Shown here: in pieces, positions 1 to 10,746 of the stretch
Numbering within the stretch: position 1 is the first letter of the stretch
Layout: each line of letters starts with the position of its first letter
From: an uncultured Gemmatimonadales bacterium
GTDB lineage: Bacteria > Gemmatimonadota > Gemmatimonadetes > Longimicrobiales > Gaopeijiaceae
Assembly: GCA_963823035.1 (NCBI GenBank)
Contig: CAWGKG010000021.1
Location: 1-64,000 of the forward strand
Reading direction: 5' to 3'
Length of the DNA stretch: 64,000 nt
Program-made: the position numbers and the translations under genes
The notes under the pieces: generated by a model
Database searches by the model: none
Seen by the model: the letters and a program-made list of their open reading frames with translations, nothing else
Told to the model about the DNA's origin: nothing

Positions 1-1989
1 ACCTCCCGGTGTCGCAGTTCTACGCCGTGTCGCTCGACAACGCCGAGCCGTTCTTCGGCATCGCCGGCGGCCTCCAGGACAACAGCACGTGGGGCGGCCC
101 GAGTCGCACCCGCTCGAACGACAGCATCTACAACTCGGACTGGTACGGGATGGCCGGCGGCGACGGCTTCTACGCCGCGATCGACCCGACGGACCCGGAC
201 ATCGCCTACGTGGAGTCGCAGATGGGCAACATCCTCCGCTACGACCGGCGCACCGGCGACCGCAAGCCGATCCAGCCGCAGCCGCCCGAGGGGGAGCGGG
301 AGTACCGCTTCAACTGGAGCTCGCCGATCAAGATCTCGCCGTGGGACCACAACACGGTCTACTTCGCCGCGAACCACCTCTTCAAGCTCCCGGACCGGGG
401 CGACGGGTGGACGCGGCTGGGCGAGGACCTGACGCGCGACATCGACGAGGACAGCCTGCCGATGATGGGCAAGGTGCCGGAGCGGGACGCGGTGGCGCGG
501 CACGAGGGCGTCGTCGACTTCAGCACGATCTCCGACGTCGACCTCTCGTCGGTCCAGCGCGGGCTCCTCATCACGGGCTCGGACGACGGCGTGGTGGCGA
601 TCTCCACCGACGACGGTGAGACGTGGACGAAGCAGACGCGCTTCCCCGGCGTGCCGGACACGGCCTACGTCAGCAAGGTGCGCCTGTCGCCGCACGACGC
701 CTCGGTGATGTACGTCACCTTCGACAACCACCGCTCGAACGATTTCCATCCGTACGTCATCCGCAGCGCGGACGGCGGCAAGTCGTGGACCAACATCACG
801 CACGACCTGCCGGACTTCGGCAACGTCCGCTCCTTCGTCGAGCACCCGCGCAACCCGGCGCTCCTCTTCGTGGGCACGGAGCGGGGCGTGTACGTCTCGA
901 CGGACACGGGCGGCAGCTGGACCCGTCTCCAGGGCGGCATGCCGACGGTGCGCGTGGACGACCTGGCGATCCAGCAGCGGGAGAACACCCTGGTGATCGC
1001 CACGCACGGGCGTGGCTTCTGGCTGCTCGACGACCTGGGCCCGCTGGAGCACCTCGCGGAGGCGAAGGCCGCGGACGGGCCCTTCCTCTTCCCGGTGAAG
1101 TCGGACCTCCTCTTCACGCCGGACCCCTCGCCGACGAGCGGGACGCACGCCGCGCGTGACTACGCGGGCGCGAACCCGCCCGTCGGCACGAACGTGTCCT
1201 ACCTCCTGCGGTCGTCCGCATCGGCGATGAAGCTCGAGATCGTCGCCTCGTCGGGCGAGGTGGTGCGCACGCTCACCGCGCCGACCACCGCGGGGCTGCA
1301 CCACGTGCTCTGGGACTTCCGCACGGACGCGCCCTACTCGGGGCCGCCCGTGGAGCGGCCGGCCAACCAGGGAGGGTTCGGCGGCGGCGGCTTCGGATTC
1401 GGCGGTGGCAACGGGGGCGCGCCGGTCGTGCCGGGGCGCTACACCGCGCGCATGACGGTGGGCGGCGCCACGCAGGAGCAGCCGTTCACGGTGAAGAAGG
1501 ACCCGGCCGTGACGCTCACCGACGCCCAGCTCGCCGAGCTGTACCAGGTGCGCATGCGCCAGCTGAACCTGAACGCGAAGCTCACCATGGCGATCCGCCA
1601 GTCGGACGAGTTGCGCGACCAGATCGCGGCGGCGCGGACCGCGCTGGGGAACGTCGACGCGCCGGCCGCGCTCGGGGAGACGGCCTCGGGGCTGCAGCGC
1701 GACCTGGACGACATCCGCACGAAGCTGGGCGCGGGCGGTGGCGGCTTCTGGAGGCGGGGGCGGCAACGGCCCGCGCAGCCTGCGTCAGCTCCTGGCGTTC
1801 GCGGGCGGGGTGCTACGGGCGACCGCGATGCCGACCGCGCAGGAGCGCGAGGCGCTGGAGCGCGTCCCGGAGGCGCTGGACGCCCAGGTGGCCCGCCTGA
1901 ACCAGATGGTGGGCGAGCGGATGCCGGCGTTCTTCCGGGCCCTGGACGAGGCCGGCGTGCCGTGGACGCCGGGACGGGCGATCCGCTAG
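1..1989 (+). CDS. VPS10/sortilin-like BNR-repeat glycosyl hydrolase-like protein, 5' truncated by window edge; apparent frameshift near 1749
   Basis: Motifs GGLQDNSTW, GGDGF, YRFNWSSP, repeated SxDxGxTW Asp-boxes and IATHGRGFW. The C-terminal helical tail continues in ORF 1738..1989. Confidence 0.85.
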
Positions 1990-2017
1990 TCGCTGCGGAC
2001 CGAGGGTCGGGGGCGGC

Positions 2018-2683
2018 TCAGCCGCCCTCGACCACCGTCAGCGCGGTGACGAAGTAGATCTGGTCGAACGTGCGGCTCAGCGTGTTGCTCGTGAAGTTGC
2101 GCATGACCATGCCGCCGCTCCACGTGACCGTCTGCCCTTCGGACACCACCGTCTGCGGGCCGGCGAGCCAGATGTCCTTGCCGTTGTTCGTGATGCGCAC
2201 GTAGGTGTAGCCGCCGGCGTCCATCGTCTCCTGGATCACCCCGCTCATCCCTTCGGCACCCGGGTGGGCGGCCGACGAAGGGGGCGTCTGGCCCGGCTTC
2301 ACGAAGCCGTCCGCGAAGTAGAGGTTGTCGAAGGTGCGGTCGAGCGCCTTGCTGGTGAACGAGCCCATGGACATGGGGTTCATGATCTGGACCGTGTCAC
2401 CCACCGCGATCGGCGTCACGGGGCCGGCCACCCAGATCTCCTGGTCGGCGGCGCCCAGGCGGACGTAGGTGTAGCCGCCACCGTCCATCGTCTCGAGGAC
2501 CACGCCTCCGGGACCGTTCGCCGTGGCCACGGTCCCGTTGGCTCCGTTGATGGGCGGATGCCCCTCGGGAAGGCCCTGGGCGGGCTGTTGCGCGGTATCG
2601 GCGGTCTCGCTGCCGGGGGAGCAGGCGGTAGCGAGAATCGTGATCAGGGCGGCAGCCGGTAGCCGTGTCCAGGCACTCGTCAT
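2018..2683 (-). CDS. Lipoprotein with two tandem OB-fold-like (NrfJ-like) repeats
   Basis: Lipobox-like LATAC. The repeat ETMDxGGYTYV...IWxAGP...FTSxxLxRTFDxxYF occurs twice. ATG at 2683 follows GAGG. Confidence 0.7.
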   Translation of the reverse strand: MTSAWTRLPAAALITILATACSPGSETADTAQQPAQGLPEGHPPINGANGTVATANGPGGVVLETMDGGGYTYVRLGAADQEIWVAGPVTPIAVGDTVQIMNPMSMGSFTSKALDRTFDNLYFADGFVKPGQTPPSSAAHPGAEGMSGVIQETMDAGGYTYVRITNNGKDIWLAGPQTVVSEGQTVTWSGGMVMRNFTSNTLSRTFDQIYFVTALTVVEGG

Positions 2684-2816
2684 GTCGCGTCCTCTCGGGC
2701 GGGGAAACATGGGTTCCGAACGGTAGCGCTCGGGACCGCAGGCGGAAAGCGGGGGCCTCCCTCACGAACCGTAGGGCGTTCCCCTACGGCCTGGGCAGGC
2801 CCCCTTCCGCGGTCCT

Positions 2817-5612
2817 TCACCTCCCTGTGTACGGCACGCCGTCCGTGATCCACTTCGCCGGCGGCGCGCCCTTCAGGTAGTAGTCCAGCCACTCCTTCAT
2901 CTTGATCGCCCAGTCGAGCTTGTTGGCGTACTTCTGCGGGTGGTGCGGCTCCCCACGGTACTCGAGGAAGACCGCCTCCTTGTCCAGGCGCCGCATGGCC
3001 AGGTACAGCTCGATGGACTGGTACCAGGGCACGGCGTCGTCCTCGTCGCCCTGGATGATGAGCATGGGCGTGTGGATGCGGTCGGCGAAGAAGACGGGGG
3101 AGTTGTCGATGTACTCGTCGCGCGCCTCCCACAGGCTCCCGCTCATGCGGCTCTGCCCCTTCTCGTACTGGAACTGGCGGGCGAGCCCCGATCCCCAGCG
3201 GATCCCGGAGTAGGCACTCGTCATGTTCGACACGGGCGCCCCCGCGATCGCGGTCTTGAAGATGTCGGTCTGCGTGACCACGAACGCGGTCTGGTAGCCG
3301 CTCCACGAGTGGCCGTGCAGCGCGATGGCGTCGGGGTCGGCGAGCCCGATGTCGATGAGGTGCTGCACGCCGGGGACCACCGCCTTGGTGGCCGACAGGC
3401 CGGGCCGGCCGACCTCGAAGCGCACGTCCGGCAGGAAGATCACATAGCCGTTCGAGGCGTACAGCGGGAAGCTCGGCCGGTGGTTCACGGCCGGCTCGTT
3501 GAACTCGTGCAGCCGCTGGCTGAACAGCTCGTAGTAGTAGACGATGACCGGATAGCGCTTGCCGGGCTCGTAGTTGCCGGGCTTGATGACGACGCCCTGG
3601 AGCGGCGTCCCGTCGAGGCTGTTCCACTCGACCAGCTCGGAGGTCCCCCACGCGAACTCGCCCAGGTTCGGGTTGACGTCCGTGACCTCGCGCGCGTCGG
3701 AGAGGTCGGACTTCGCGACCCACAGGTCGGGGAACTCGTCGTAGTCCTCGCGCGTGTACAGGATCCGGTCGGCGTCGTCCGCCTTGGCCTGGAAGACGAA
3801 GCGCTTGTCCTCCTCGAGCAGACGGCGCGCGCCCGGCCGGTCCACGCGGGCGGCGTAGAATCCGAAGTTCTTCCGAACGTCGTGGTAGGAGGAGAGCAGC
3901 AGCTCGTCCTTCGGGCCGATCCACTCGGTCTCGGGATCGGTGTCGACGACCCGGAACTCGCGCCGGTCGCGGCGGCCCGCGCCCTCGGTCAGCGCCCAGG
4001 GGCGCTTCTTCCCGTCGGTCGGCACCACCCAGATGTCGAACTTGTCGTAGACGAGCACCGCCGCGTCCCCCTCCGTCCACCCGCCGAGGCCGTAGGTGCC
4101 GGGCTCGTCCGGGGTGTCGTGGTCCTCGTCGGCGAAGGACACGCCGAGGTCCCCGGTGACGTTGCGCGTGGTGCGGGCCGCGACGTCGTACAGGTGCCAG
4201 TTCCCCTCCTTCCAGTAGGCCACGTAGCCGCCGCCCGGCGACAGGATCGCGCGGCCGCCGAGGTGCTCCACCACCGGCGTGCGCGTGCCGTCCGCGAGCG
4301 CGACCACGTCGTAGTCGGCGCCGCCACCGTCCCACGTCGCCTCGCGGCGGTAGGGCACGTCCGAGCGGCCCAGCGCGACCTTCGCGTTGTCGGGCACGCC
4401 CACGTCCGGGTGATCCGGGTCGGCCAGCGCCACGGTACGCCCGTCCGCCAGGTGGTGGACGGCGCGGTACGTCCGCTCCTTCTCCCGGTTCCAGAGGATC
4501 TTCTGCTGCGAGTTGATGACCGGGTCCATCCAGTGCCACACGTCCACGCCCCGGGTCTTCAGGATGGCGTCGGTGTCGTACGCGTCGAAGGGCGTGTCGG
4601 CGTCGTCCCCCTCCTCGTCACCCCCCGTCGCGGCCATGCGCGCCTCGATCTCGTCGGGGCGCTCGGGCCGCCACCCGAAGAAGAGGCGCGCGCCGTCCTC
4701 GCTCCAGCTCAGGTCGCTCCCGGCGGGGATGAACCACCCCTGCGGGGCGTCGGCCTCGGCGGCGAGGAGCGTCGCCTCGCGGCCGTTCCACGCCATGAGC
4801 TCCCCGTGGCCCGGCTCGCCCTTCTCGTTCTCCTCGGCGCGGACGAAGGCCAGCGAGGCTCCGTCCTTCGTCCACGTCAGCCCGTCGTAGTGGCCGAAGG
4901 GACGGGCGTCGACGGTGGCGTCCGCACCGGTGTCCAGCGTGCGCACGTACAGCCCGTCGCGGGCGTTGTCCGCCGAGGCGGCGGCGTAGGCCAGGCGCGT
5001 GCCGGCCTCGTCGAACGCGAAGGAGCGGACGTCGGCCATCTCCGTCTCGGCGCCGGAACGGAGGTCGCGCAGCACGAGCGTCGTGCCGGGCTTGCGGCCG
5101 TCGCCGGACCCCCCGCGCCGCTCGCCGTTCGCCGAGTCGGCCTGCGGGGCGTAGCGGTGGTAGGCCAGCCAGCGACCGCCCCTGGCGAACGCGAACGCCT
5201 GCACGTCGTCGATGCGGGTCGCCTCGCCCGTGGCGGTCGAAAGGAGCGCCATGCCGCGGTGCGGGGGCGGACCCTTCGCGGTCTCGGTCGCCTCGAGCGT
5301 CGGGTTCAGGCGCAAGGCCACCCAGGCGCCGTCGTCGGAGATGACGGCGTCGCTGCCGAGGGCGACGGACCACCGCTGCGCACCGTCCGTCGCGCGCACG
5401 ATCACCTCGGGATCCCCGCGGTCGGGTCGGGCGGTGAAGGCGATCCAGTGGCCGTCCGCGGAGATGGAGGGGCGCTCCACCTGGCGGACGTGCATGAGGT
5501 CGGTGAAGGTGAGCGCCCGCTTCTGCTGGGCGACCGCCGGGGAGGCGAGGAGGAGGAGAAGAAGCAGGGAGATCCGCGGCACACGTACCACGGAGCGGAT
5601 GCGGGCGGCCAC
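2817..5612 (-). CDS. Secreted S9 family (prolyl oligopeptidase/acylaminoacyl peptidase-like) serine peptidase
   Basis: Signal peptide, beta-propeller region, and catalytic GHSWSG / GDEDDAV / GEPH. GTG start follows AGGAGG. Confidence 0.9.
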   Translation of the reverse strand: MAARIRSVVRVPRISLLLLLLLASPAVAQQKRALTFTDLMHVRQVERPSISADGHWIAFTARPDRGDPEVIVRATDGAQRWSVALGSDAVISDDGAWVALRLNPTLEATETAKGPPPHRGMALLSTATGEATRIDDVQAFAFARGGRWLAYHRYAPQADSANGERRGGSGDGRKPGTTLVLRDLRSGAETEMADVRSFAFDEAGTRLAYAAASADNARDGLYVRTLDTGADATVDARPFGHYDGLTWTKDGASLAFVRAEENEKGEPGHGELMAWNGREATLLAAEADAPQGWFIPAGSDLSWSEDGARLFFGWRPERPDEIEARMAATGGDEEGDDADTPFDAYDTDAILKTRGVDVWHWMDPVINSQQKILWNREKERTYRAVHHLADGRTVALADPDHPDVGVPDNAKVALGRSDVPYRREATWDGGGADYDVVALADGTRTPVVEHLGGRAILSPGGGYVAYWKEGNWHLYDVAARTTRNVTGDLGVSFADEDHDTPDEPGTYGLGGWTEGDAAVLVYDKFDIWVVPTDGKKRPWALTEGAGRRDRREFRVVDTDPETEWIGPKDELLLSSYHDVRKNFGFYAARVDRPGARRLLEEDKRFVFQAKADDADRILYTREDYDEFPDLWVAKSDLSDAREVTDVNPNLGEFAWGTSELVEWNSLDGTPLQGVVIKPGNYEPGKRYPVIVYYYELFSQRLHEFNEPAVNHRPSFPLYASNGYVIFLPDVRFEVGRPGLSATKAVVPGVQHLIDIGLADPDAIALHGHSWSGYQTAFVVTQTDIFKTAIAGAPVSNMTSAYSGIRWGSGLARQFQYEKGQSRMSGSLWEARDEYIDNSPVFFADRIHTPMLIIQGDEDDAVPWYQSIELYLAMRRLDKEAVFLEYRGEPHHPQKYANKLDWAIKMKEWLDYYLKGAPPAKWITDGVPYTGR

Positions 5613-5775
5613 GACCGACCCTCCTGAATGGGGTTTGCGGGTCGAGCGAAGCGCCGCCGGGCTGGGCCGCGATGGGGCCCGTTCCGCCCGGAGGCACGGA
5701 CGAACGGAGGGAACGTCGCCCCGCGGCACGCGGCGGGCAATGATCTCCGGGGGGGCTTCGGGGTAGGCTGTCGCC

Positions 5776-6534
5776 ATGTCGTCGACGCTGCTGGACGTCC
5801 TGCTCACGGAACAGCTCGTGGTCATCTTCCGCGCCGCGATGGAGAAGCGGCCGGGGCTGAACGTCGCGCTCGTTCCCGACCCGGGCCGTGACGTCGACCT
5901 CGTGGGGGACGGCGGCACGGCCGCCCGCATCACGACCACCTCCGGTGAGTCGCTGCTGGTCACGCCGCGCCGCATCGCCCGCGAGGTGGGCAACAGCCTG
6001 TACGACGTGGCGCTCTTCGAGGACCTGGTCGGCTACGACTGGATCAGCCGCGACCTCTCCGAGAAGGTCCGGCTCATGGACGAGCACTACGACCGGCTCT
6101 ACCTCGACCTCCGGGGGGCCCGTGAGGTGGTGCTGGACCGCCTCGGCGCCGCCGTCCATCCGCTGATGGCCTACCTGGGGAAGGTCCTGCAGCTCCGGTC
6201 GCAGAAGGTGCTGCTGCGCGCCATGGACGACGACGTGACGGAGCTGGTCACGATCTGCCTGCGCGCCGCCGTGGTCGGGCCGTTCTTCTCCGACGACGAG
6301 CTGGTCGAGCTGGTCGAGCAGGACCGCGCCTCCCTCCAGATCCTGGCGGCCATGTGGCAGAGGATGAACCTGGCCTCGCCGGCGCTGCAGCGCGCGGTGG
6401 AGGGCATCATGGAGATGCTCCTGCGCCGCCGTGAGGAGCATCTCGACGCCTGGGAGCGGCTCATCGGCGTGCCGCCGGAGCGGGTCCGGGGCGCGCTCGA
6501 GGTCTTCCGCCGGGTCGTGCGCGGCCGGGTGTAA
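5776..6534 (+). CDS. Hypothetical cytoplasmic protein (252 aa)
   Basis: Clean ORF with genome-typical codon usage and globular composition. No family recognised. Confidence 0.75.
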   Translation: MSSTLLDVLLTEQLVVIFRAAMEKRPGLNVALVPDPGRDVDLVGDGGTAARITTTSGESLLVTPRRIAREVGNSLYDVALFEDLVGYDWISRDLSEKVRLMDEHYDRLYLDLRGAREVVLDRLGAAVHPLMAYLGKVLQLRSQKVLLRAMDDDVTELVTICLRAAVVGPFFSDDELVELVEQDRASLQILAAMWQRMNLASPALQRAVEGIMEMLLRRREEHLDAWERLIGVPPERVRGALEVFRRVVRGRV

Positions 6535-6769
6535 CCCGCGGGGTCCGGGTGATGCCCGCCCGCCGCCGTCGGCCCGGGCCCTCCCCTTCCCCGGCCCCCG
6601 GGTTAGCTTTCTCGGGTCGGGTGGCGCCCGGATCGAGTCCGGTCCGGGAGCGCCCGCGCCCCGCTCCGCACCTGGAGCCCCTCCCCTCCGACGGATCCGG
6701 CGCCCGCGCCTCGCTTCGTGCGGCCATCCCGACGTCCAGCGATCAGGGCATTCTCAGGGAGGGCCTCCG

Positions 6770-8875
6770 ATGAAGCACTCGCATGTGCGCCTCGTGCTCC
6801 TGCTGCTCCTGTCGGCGCCGGCGGCGTCGGCGTGGGCGCAGCAGACGGCCGTCGTGGCGCCTGGATCCGTGCCGGAGTTCGGCACGATGTGGACGTTCGA
6901 CGCGCCGCCGCTCGAGTACTGGAAGACGCGCTACGGCTTCGAGGCGAGCCAGTCCTGGCTCGACCACCTGCGGCTCTCCGCGATCCGGCTTCCCGGCTGC
7001 TCCTCCTCCTTCGTCTCGAAGGACGGGCTGGTGATGACGAACCATCACTGCGCCCGCGCCTGCATCGACGCGGTCTCCACACCCGAGCACGACTACCTGC
7101 AGGACGGGCTTCGTGGCCGCGACGCGAGAGGAGGAGCCGCGCTGTCCGGGGCTGTACGTGGACCAGCTCGTGTCCATCGAGGACGTGACCGCGAAGGTCC
7201 GCGCGGGCGTGACGGCGCGTACGGACGCCGAGCAGGTGGCCCAGCGCGACGCCGCCATCGAATCGCTGCGCGGCGCGTGCGAGGCGTCCGGGGAGCGCTG
7301 CCAGGTGGTGGCCTTCTACAACGGCGGGATGTACTCGCTCTACCGCTACCACCGCTACGACGACCTGCGCCTGGTGATGGCGCCGGAGCTCGAGACGGCG
7401 TACTACGGCGGCGACTACGACAACTTCACGTATCCGCGCTACGACCTGGACGTCTCCTTCCTGCGCGTCTATCAGGAACGGCCAGCCGTTCCACCCGGAG
7501 CACTTCCTGTCGTGGAGCCAGGCGGGCGCCGCGGACGGCGAGCCCGTCTTCGTGGTCGGCAACCCGGGCTCGACGGGTCGGCTGCTCACGCTGGCCCAGA
7601 TGGAGTACCTGCGCGACGTGGACTACCCGGCCCGCCTCGCGGACTACCAGCGGCGCCTCGACGTGCTGTACGCGCTCTCCGGCAAGAGCGCCGAGGCTGC
7701 CCGTCGCTACGAGAACACCATCTTCGGGATCGAGAACTCCAAGAAGGCGACGCGCGGCTACCTCGACGGCCTGCTCGACGCGTCGATCATGGCCCGCAAG
7801 GAGGCATTCGAGCACGACTTCCGGGCGCGCATCGAGACGGACCCCGTGCTCGCCGAGCGCTTCGGCAACCCGTGGGACGCCATCGCGGACGCGCAACTCG
7901 AGCTGGCCACCTTCTCGACGCAGGCGCGCTACTACGCGATGAACGGCTCGACCCTGATGGGCTATGCGGTCAACCTCGTGCGGGTCGCGCGCCAGGCCGC
8001 GCTCCCGGAGGCGCAGCGGCTTCCCGCCTTCCAGGGCGAGGGGCTGGATCGGGCGCGCCGCGCCCTCCTGCGCGACCAGCCGATCGACGCGGAGGTGGAG
8101 CGCATGCAGCTCGCCTCCTGGCTGACGGCGGCGCGGGACGCGCTCGGCGCGGACGACACGCTGGTGCGGGCTCTCCTGAAGGGCCGCACGCCGGAGGCCG
8201 CGGCCGCCGCGCTGGTGGGCGCGAGCGAGCTGAAGGACGCCGCGGCGCGGGCCTCCCTCGTCGAGGGCGGTGTCGCCGCCGTGGACGGGTGCGCCGATCC
8301 GTTGGTGCAGGCGGTGCGGGACCTCGAGCCGGTCGCGAACGGGTACATGCGGCGCGCGGCGCAGCTCAACGCGGTGGTCTCGGCCCAGTCCGAGAAGCTC
8401 GGTCAGGCCATCTTCGCGGCGTACGGCACGGCCCTTCCACCCGACGCCACCTTCACGCTCCGCATCAGTGACGGCGTGGTGAAGGGCTTCCCGATGAACG
8501 GGACCATCGCGCCGTACAAGACGAGCTTCTACGGGCTCTTCGCCCGCGCCGCCGAGTTCGACGACGCGCCGCCCTTCCAGGTGCAGCGCACGCTGGCGCG
8601 CGCGCGAGCACCAACTCGACCTGAACACGCCTTTCGACTTCGTGTCCACGGCCGACATCATCGGCGGCAACTCGGGCAGTCCGGTCGTGAACCGGGCCGG
8701 CGAGGTGGTGGGCCTGGTATTCGACGGCAACATCGAGATGCTCCCCAACCGCTTCATCTTCACGGACGAGGTGTCGCGGTGCGTGAGCGTGCACTCCATG
8801 GCGCTGACCGAGGCGTTGCGCCGCGTCTACGATGCGGCGCACATCGCCGACGAGCTGCAAGGCGTCCGTCGGTAG
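6770..8875 (+). CDS. S46 family dipeptidyl peptidase (DPP7/DAP BII-like); apparent frameshifts near 7107, 7475 and 8590
   Basis: [47 protein letters not shown] and [10 protein letters not shown]...FDGN are spread over four consecutive ORF frames. Confidence 0.9.
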
Positions 8876-9038
8876 TCACGAGTGGTGGTCCCCCCCGCGC
8901 GGTGGGTCCGGCCGGAGCGAGGCCGGCCGGCCCCCGTGCGATCCACGGCGCCACCCGCGCGCTTCCCTGGCGTGTCCCGGGCCGCCTCGTAGCTTGAGAT
9001 CGGGCAGGCCGCCCCGCACCACCTACGACGGAGTCTCC

Positions 9039-10709
9039 ATGGGTCGCCGCACCGTTCCCCGCACGCTCTTCCTCCTCCTGGTCGCCTCCCTCGCCACGGC
9101 GGCGGCGCAGCCGGCTTCCGCCCAGCGGCCGCAGGTGTTCACGCACGCAGACACGGTGCGCGGCACCGATGGTCCGGCGCGCTCGTGGTGGGACGTGACC
9201 TTCTACGACCTGCAGGTCGCGGTCAGCCCGGCGGACTCGGCCATCGCGGGGTGGAACGAGATCGTGTACCGCGTGCTCCAGCCGGGGAGCGAGATGCAGA
9301 TCGACCTGCAGGAACCGATGCGCGTCGACAGCATGAAGCAGCAGGGCGCCAAGCTCACCTACCGGCGGGACGGCAACGCGTTCTTCGTGAGCCTCCCCGG
9401 CCGGCAGCAGCCGGGGGAGACGCACACGGTCACCGTCTTCTACGCGGGGAAGCCGCGTGCAGCGATGCGCCCGCCGTGGGACGGAGGCTACATCTGGCGG
9501 CGCGACAGCCTGGGCAACCGGTGGGTGTCCACCGCCAACCAGGGGCTGGGCGCGAGCGTGTGGTGGCCGAACAAGGACTGGGGAGGCGACGAGCCCGACA
9601 GCCAGCGCGTCGCCGTGACCGTCCCGACGCCCATGGTGGACGTCTCGAACGGACGGCTGCGCTCGACCACGACCAACGACGACGGCACGTCGACGTACAC
9701 GTGGTTCGTGTCGTCACCGATCAACAACTACAGCATCTCCGTGAACGCCGGAGCCTACGCGCACTGGCGGGAGCTGTTCGACGGCGAGCGCGGTACGCTG
9801 ACCATGGATTTCTGGCCGCTCGCGGCCAACGAGGACGCCGCACGCCGCCAGTGGACGCAGGCGCGCACCATGATGAAGTGCTTCGAGCACTGGTTCGGCC
9901 CGTACCCCTGGTACGAGGACGGCTACAAGCTCCTGGAGGCGCCCCACCTGGGGATGGAGCACCAGAGCGCCGTGGCATACGGCAACGGCTACGCGAACGG
10001 CTACCGCGGCACCGACCTGTCGGGCACCGGGCAGGGCCTCTCGTGGGACTTCATCATCGTGCACGAGAGCGCGCACGAGTGGTGGGGCAACAACATCACC
10101 ATGAAGGACGCCGCGGACATGTGGATCCACGAGAGCTTCGCCAACTACGCGGAGAACCTGTACATCGAGTGCCAGACCGGCTCGAAGGAGGCCGGCGCCG
10201 AGTACGTGATCGGGACGCGCGCCCGTGTGCAGAACGACCGCCCGATCGTGGGCGCCTACGGCGTCAACGACGAGGGCTCGGGCGACAAGTACTACAAGGG
10301 CGGCAACATGCTGCACACGATCCGCCAGCTCGTCGACGACGACGTGAAGTGGCGGGACATCCTGCGCGGCCTGAACGAGACGTTCTGGCACCAGACCGTC
10401 ACCAGCGCCCAGGTCGAACAGTACATGTCGAGGGAGTCGGGCGTCGACCTGTCGAAGGTCTTCGACGAGTACCTGCGCACCACGATGCTCCCCGTGTTCG
10501 AATGGCGGATCGAGGGCGGCAAGCTCTCCTACCGCTGGGCCGAGGTGGTCGACGGCTTCGCGATGCCGGTGCGGGTCACGCTGCAATCCGGTGCGTACGC
10601 GTGGATCCGGCCGACGCAGAAGTGGCAGGACACGAACATCGGCGTCGGTGCCGCGGACTTCTCCGTCGATCCGAGCTTCTACGTGATCCCGAGGCAGGTG
10701 GAGCGCTGA
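9039..10709 (+). CDS. M1 family zinc aminopeptidase, secreted
   Basis: Signal peptide, GMEH exopeptidase motif, HESAHEWWGN..IHE zinc motif, YYKG. Confidence 0.92.
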   Translation: MGRRTVPRTLFLLLVASLATAAAQPASAQRPQVFTHADTVRGTDGPARSWWDVTFYDLQVAVSPADSAIAGWNEIVYRVLQPGSEMQIDLQEPMRVDSMKQQGAKLTYRRDGNAFFVSLPGRQQPGETHTVTVFYAGKPRAAMRPPWDGGYIWRRDSLGNRWVSTANQGLGASVWWPNKDWGGDEPDSQRVAVTVPTPMVDVSNGRLRSTTTNDDGTSTYTWFVSSPINNYSISVNAGAYAHWRELFDGERGTLTMDFWPLAANEDAARRQWTQARTMMKCFEHWFGPYPWYEDGYKLLEAPHLGMEHQSAVAYGNGYANGYRGTDLSGTGQGLSWDFIIVHESAHEWWGNNITMKDAADMWIHESFANYAENLYIECQTGSKEAGAEYVIGTRARVQNDRPIVGAYGVNDEGSGDKYYKGGNMLHTIRQLVDDDVKWRDILRGLNETFWHQTVTSAQVEQYMSRESGVDLSKVFDEYLRTTMLPVFEWRIEGGKLSYRWAEVVDGFAMPVRVTLQSGAYAWIRPTQKWQDTNIGVGAADFSVDPSFYVIPRQVER

Positions 10710-10746
10710 GCCCGCGGGTGGCCTTGCCCGGCCGCCGGGGGGGCGA

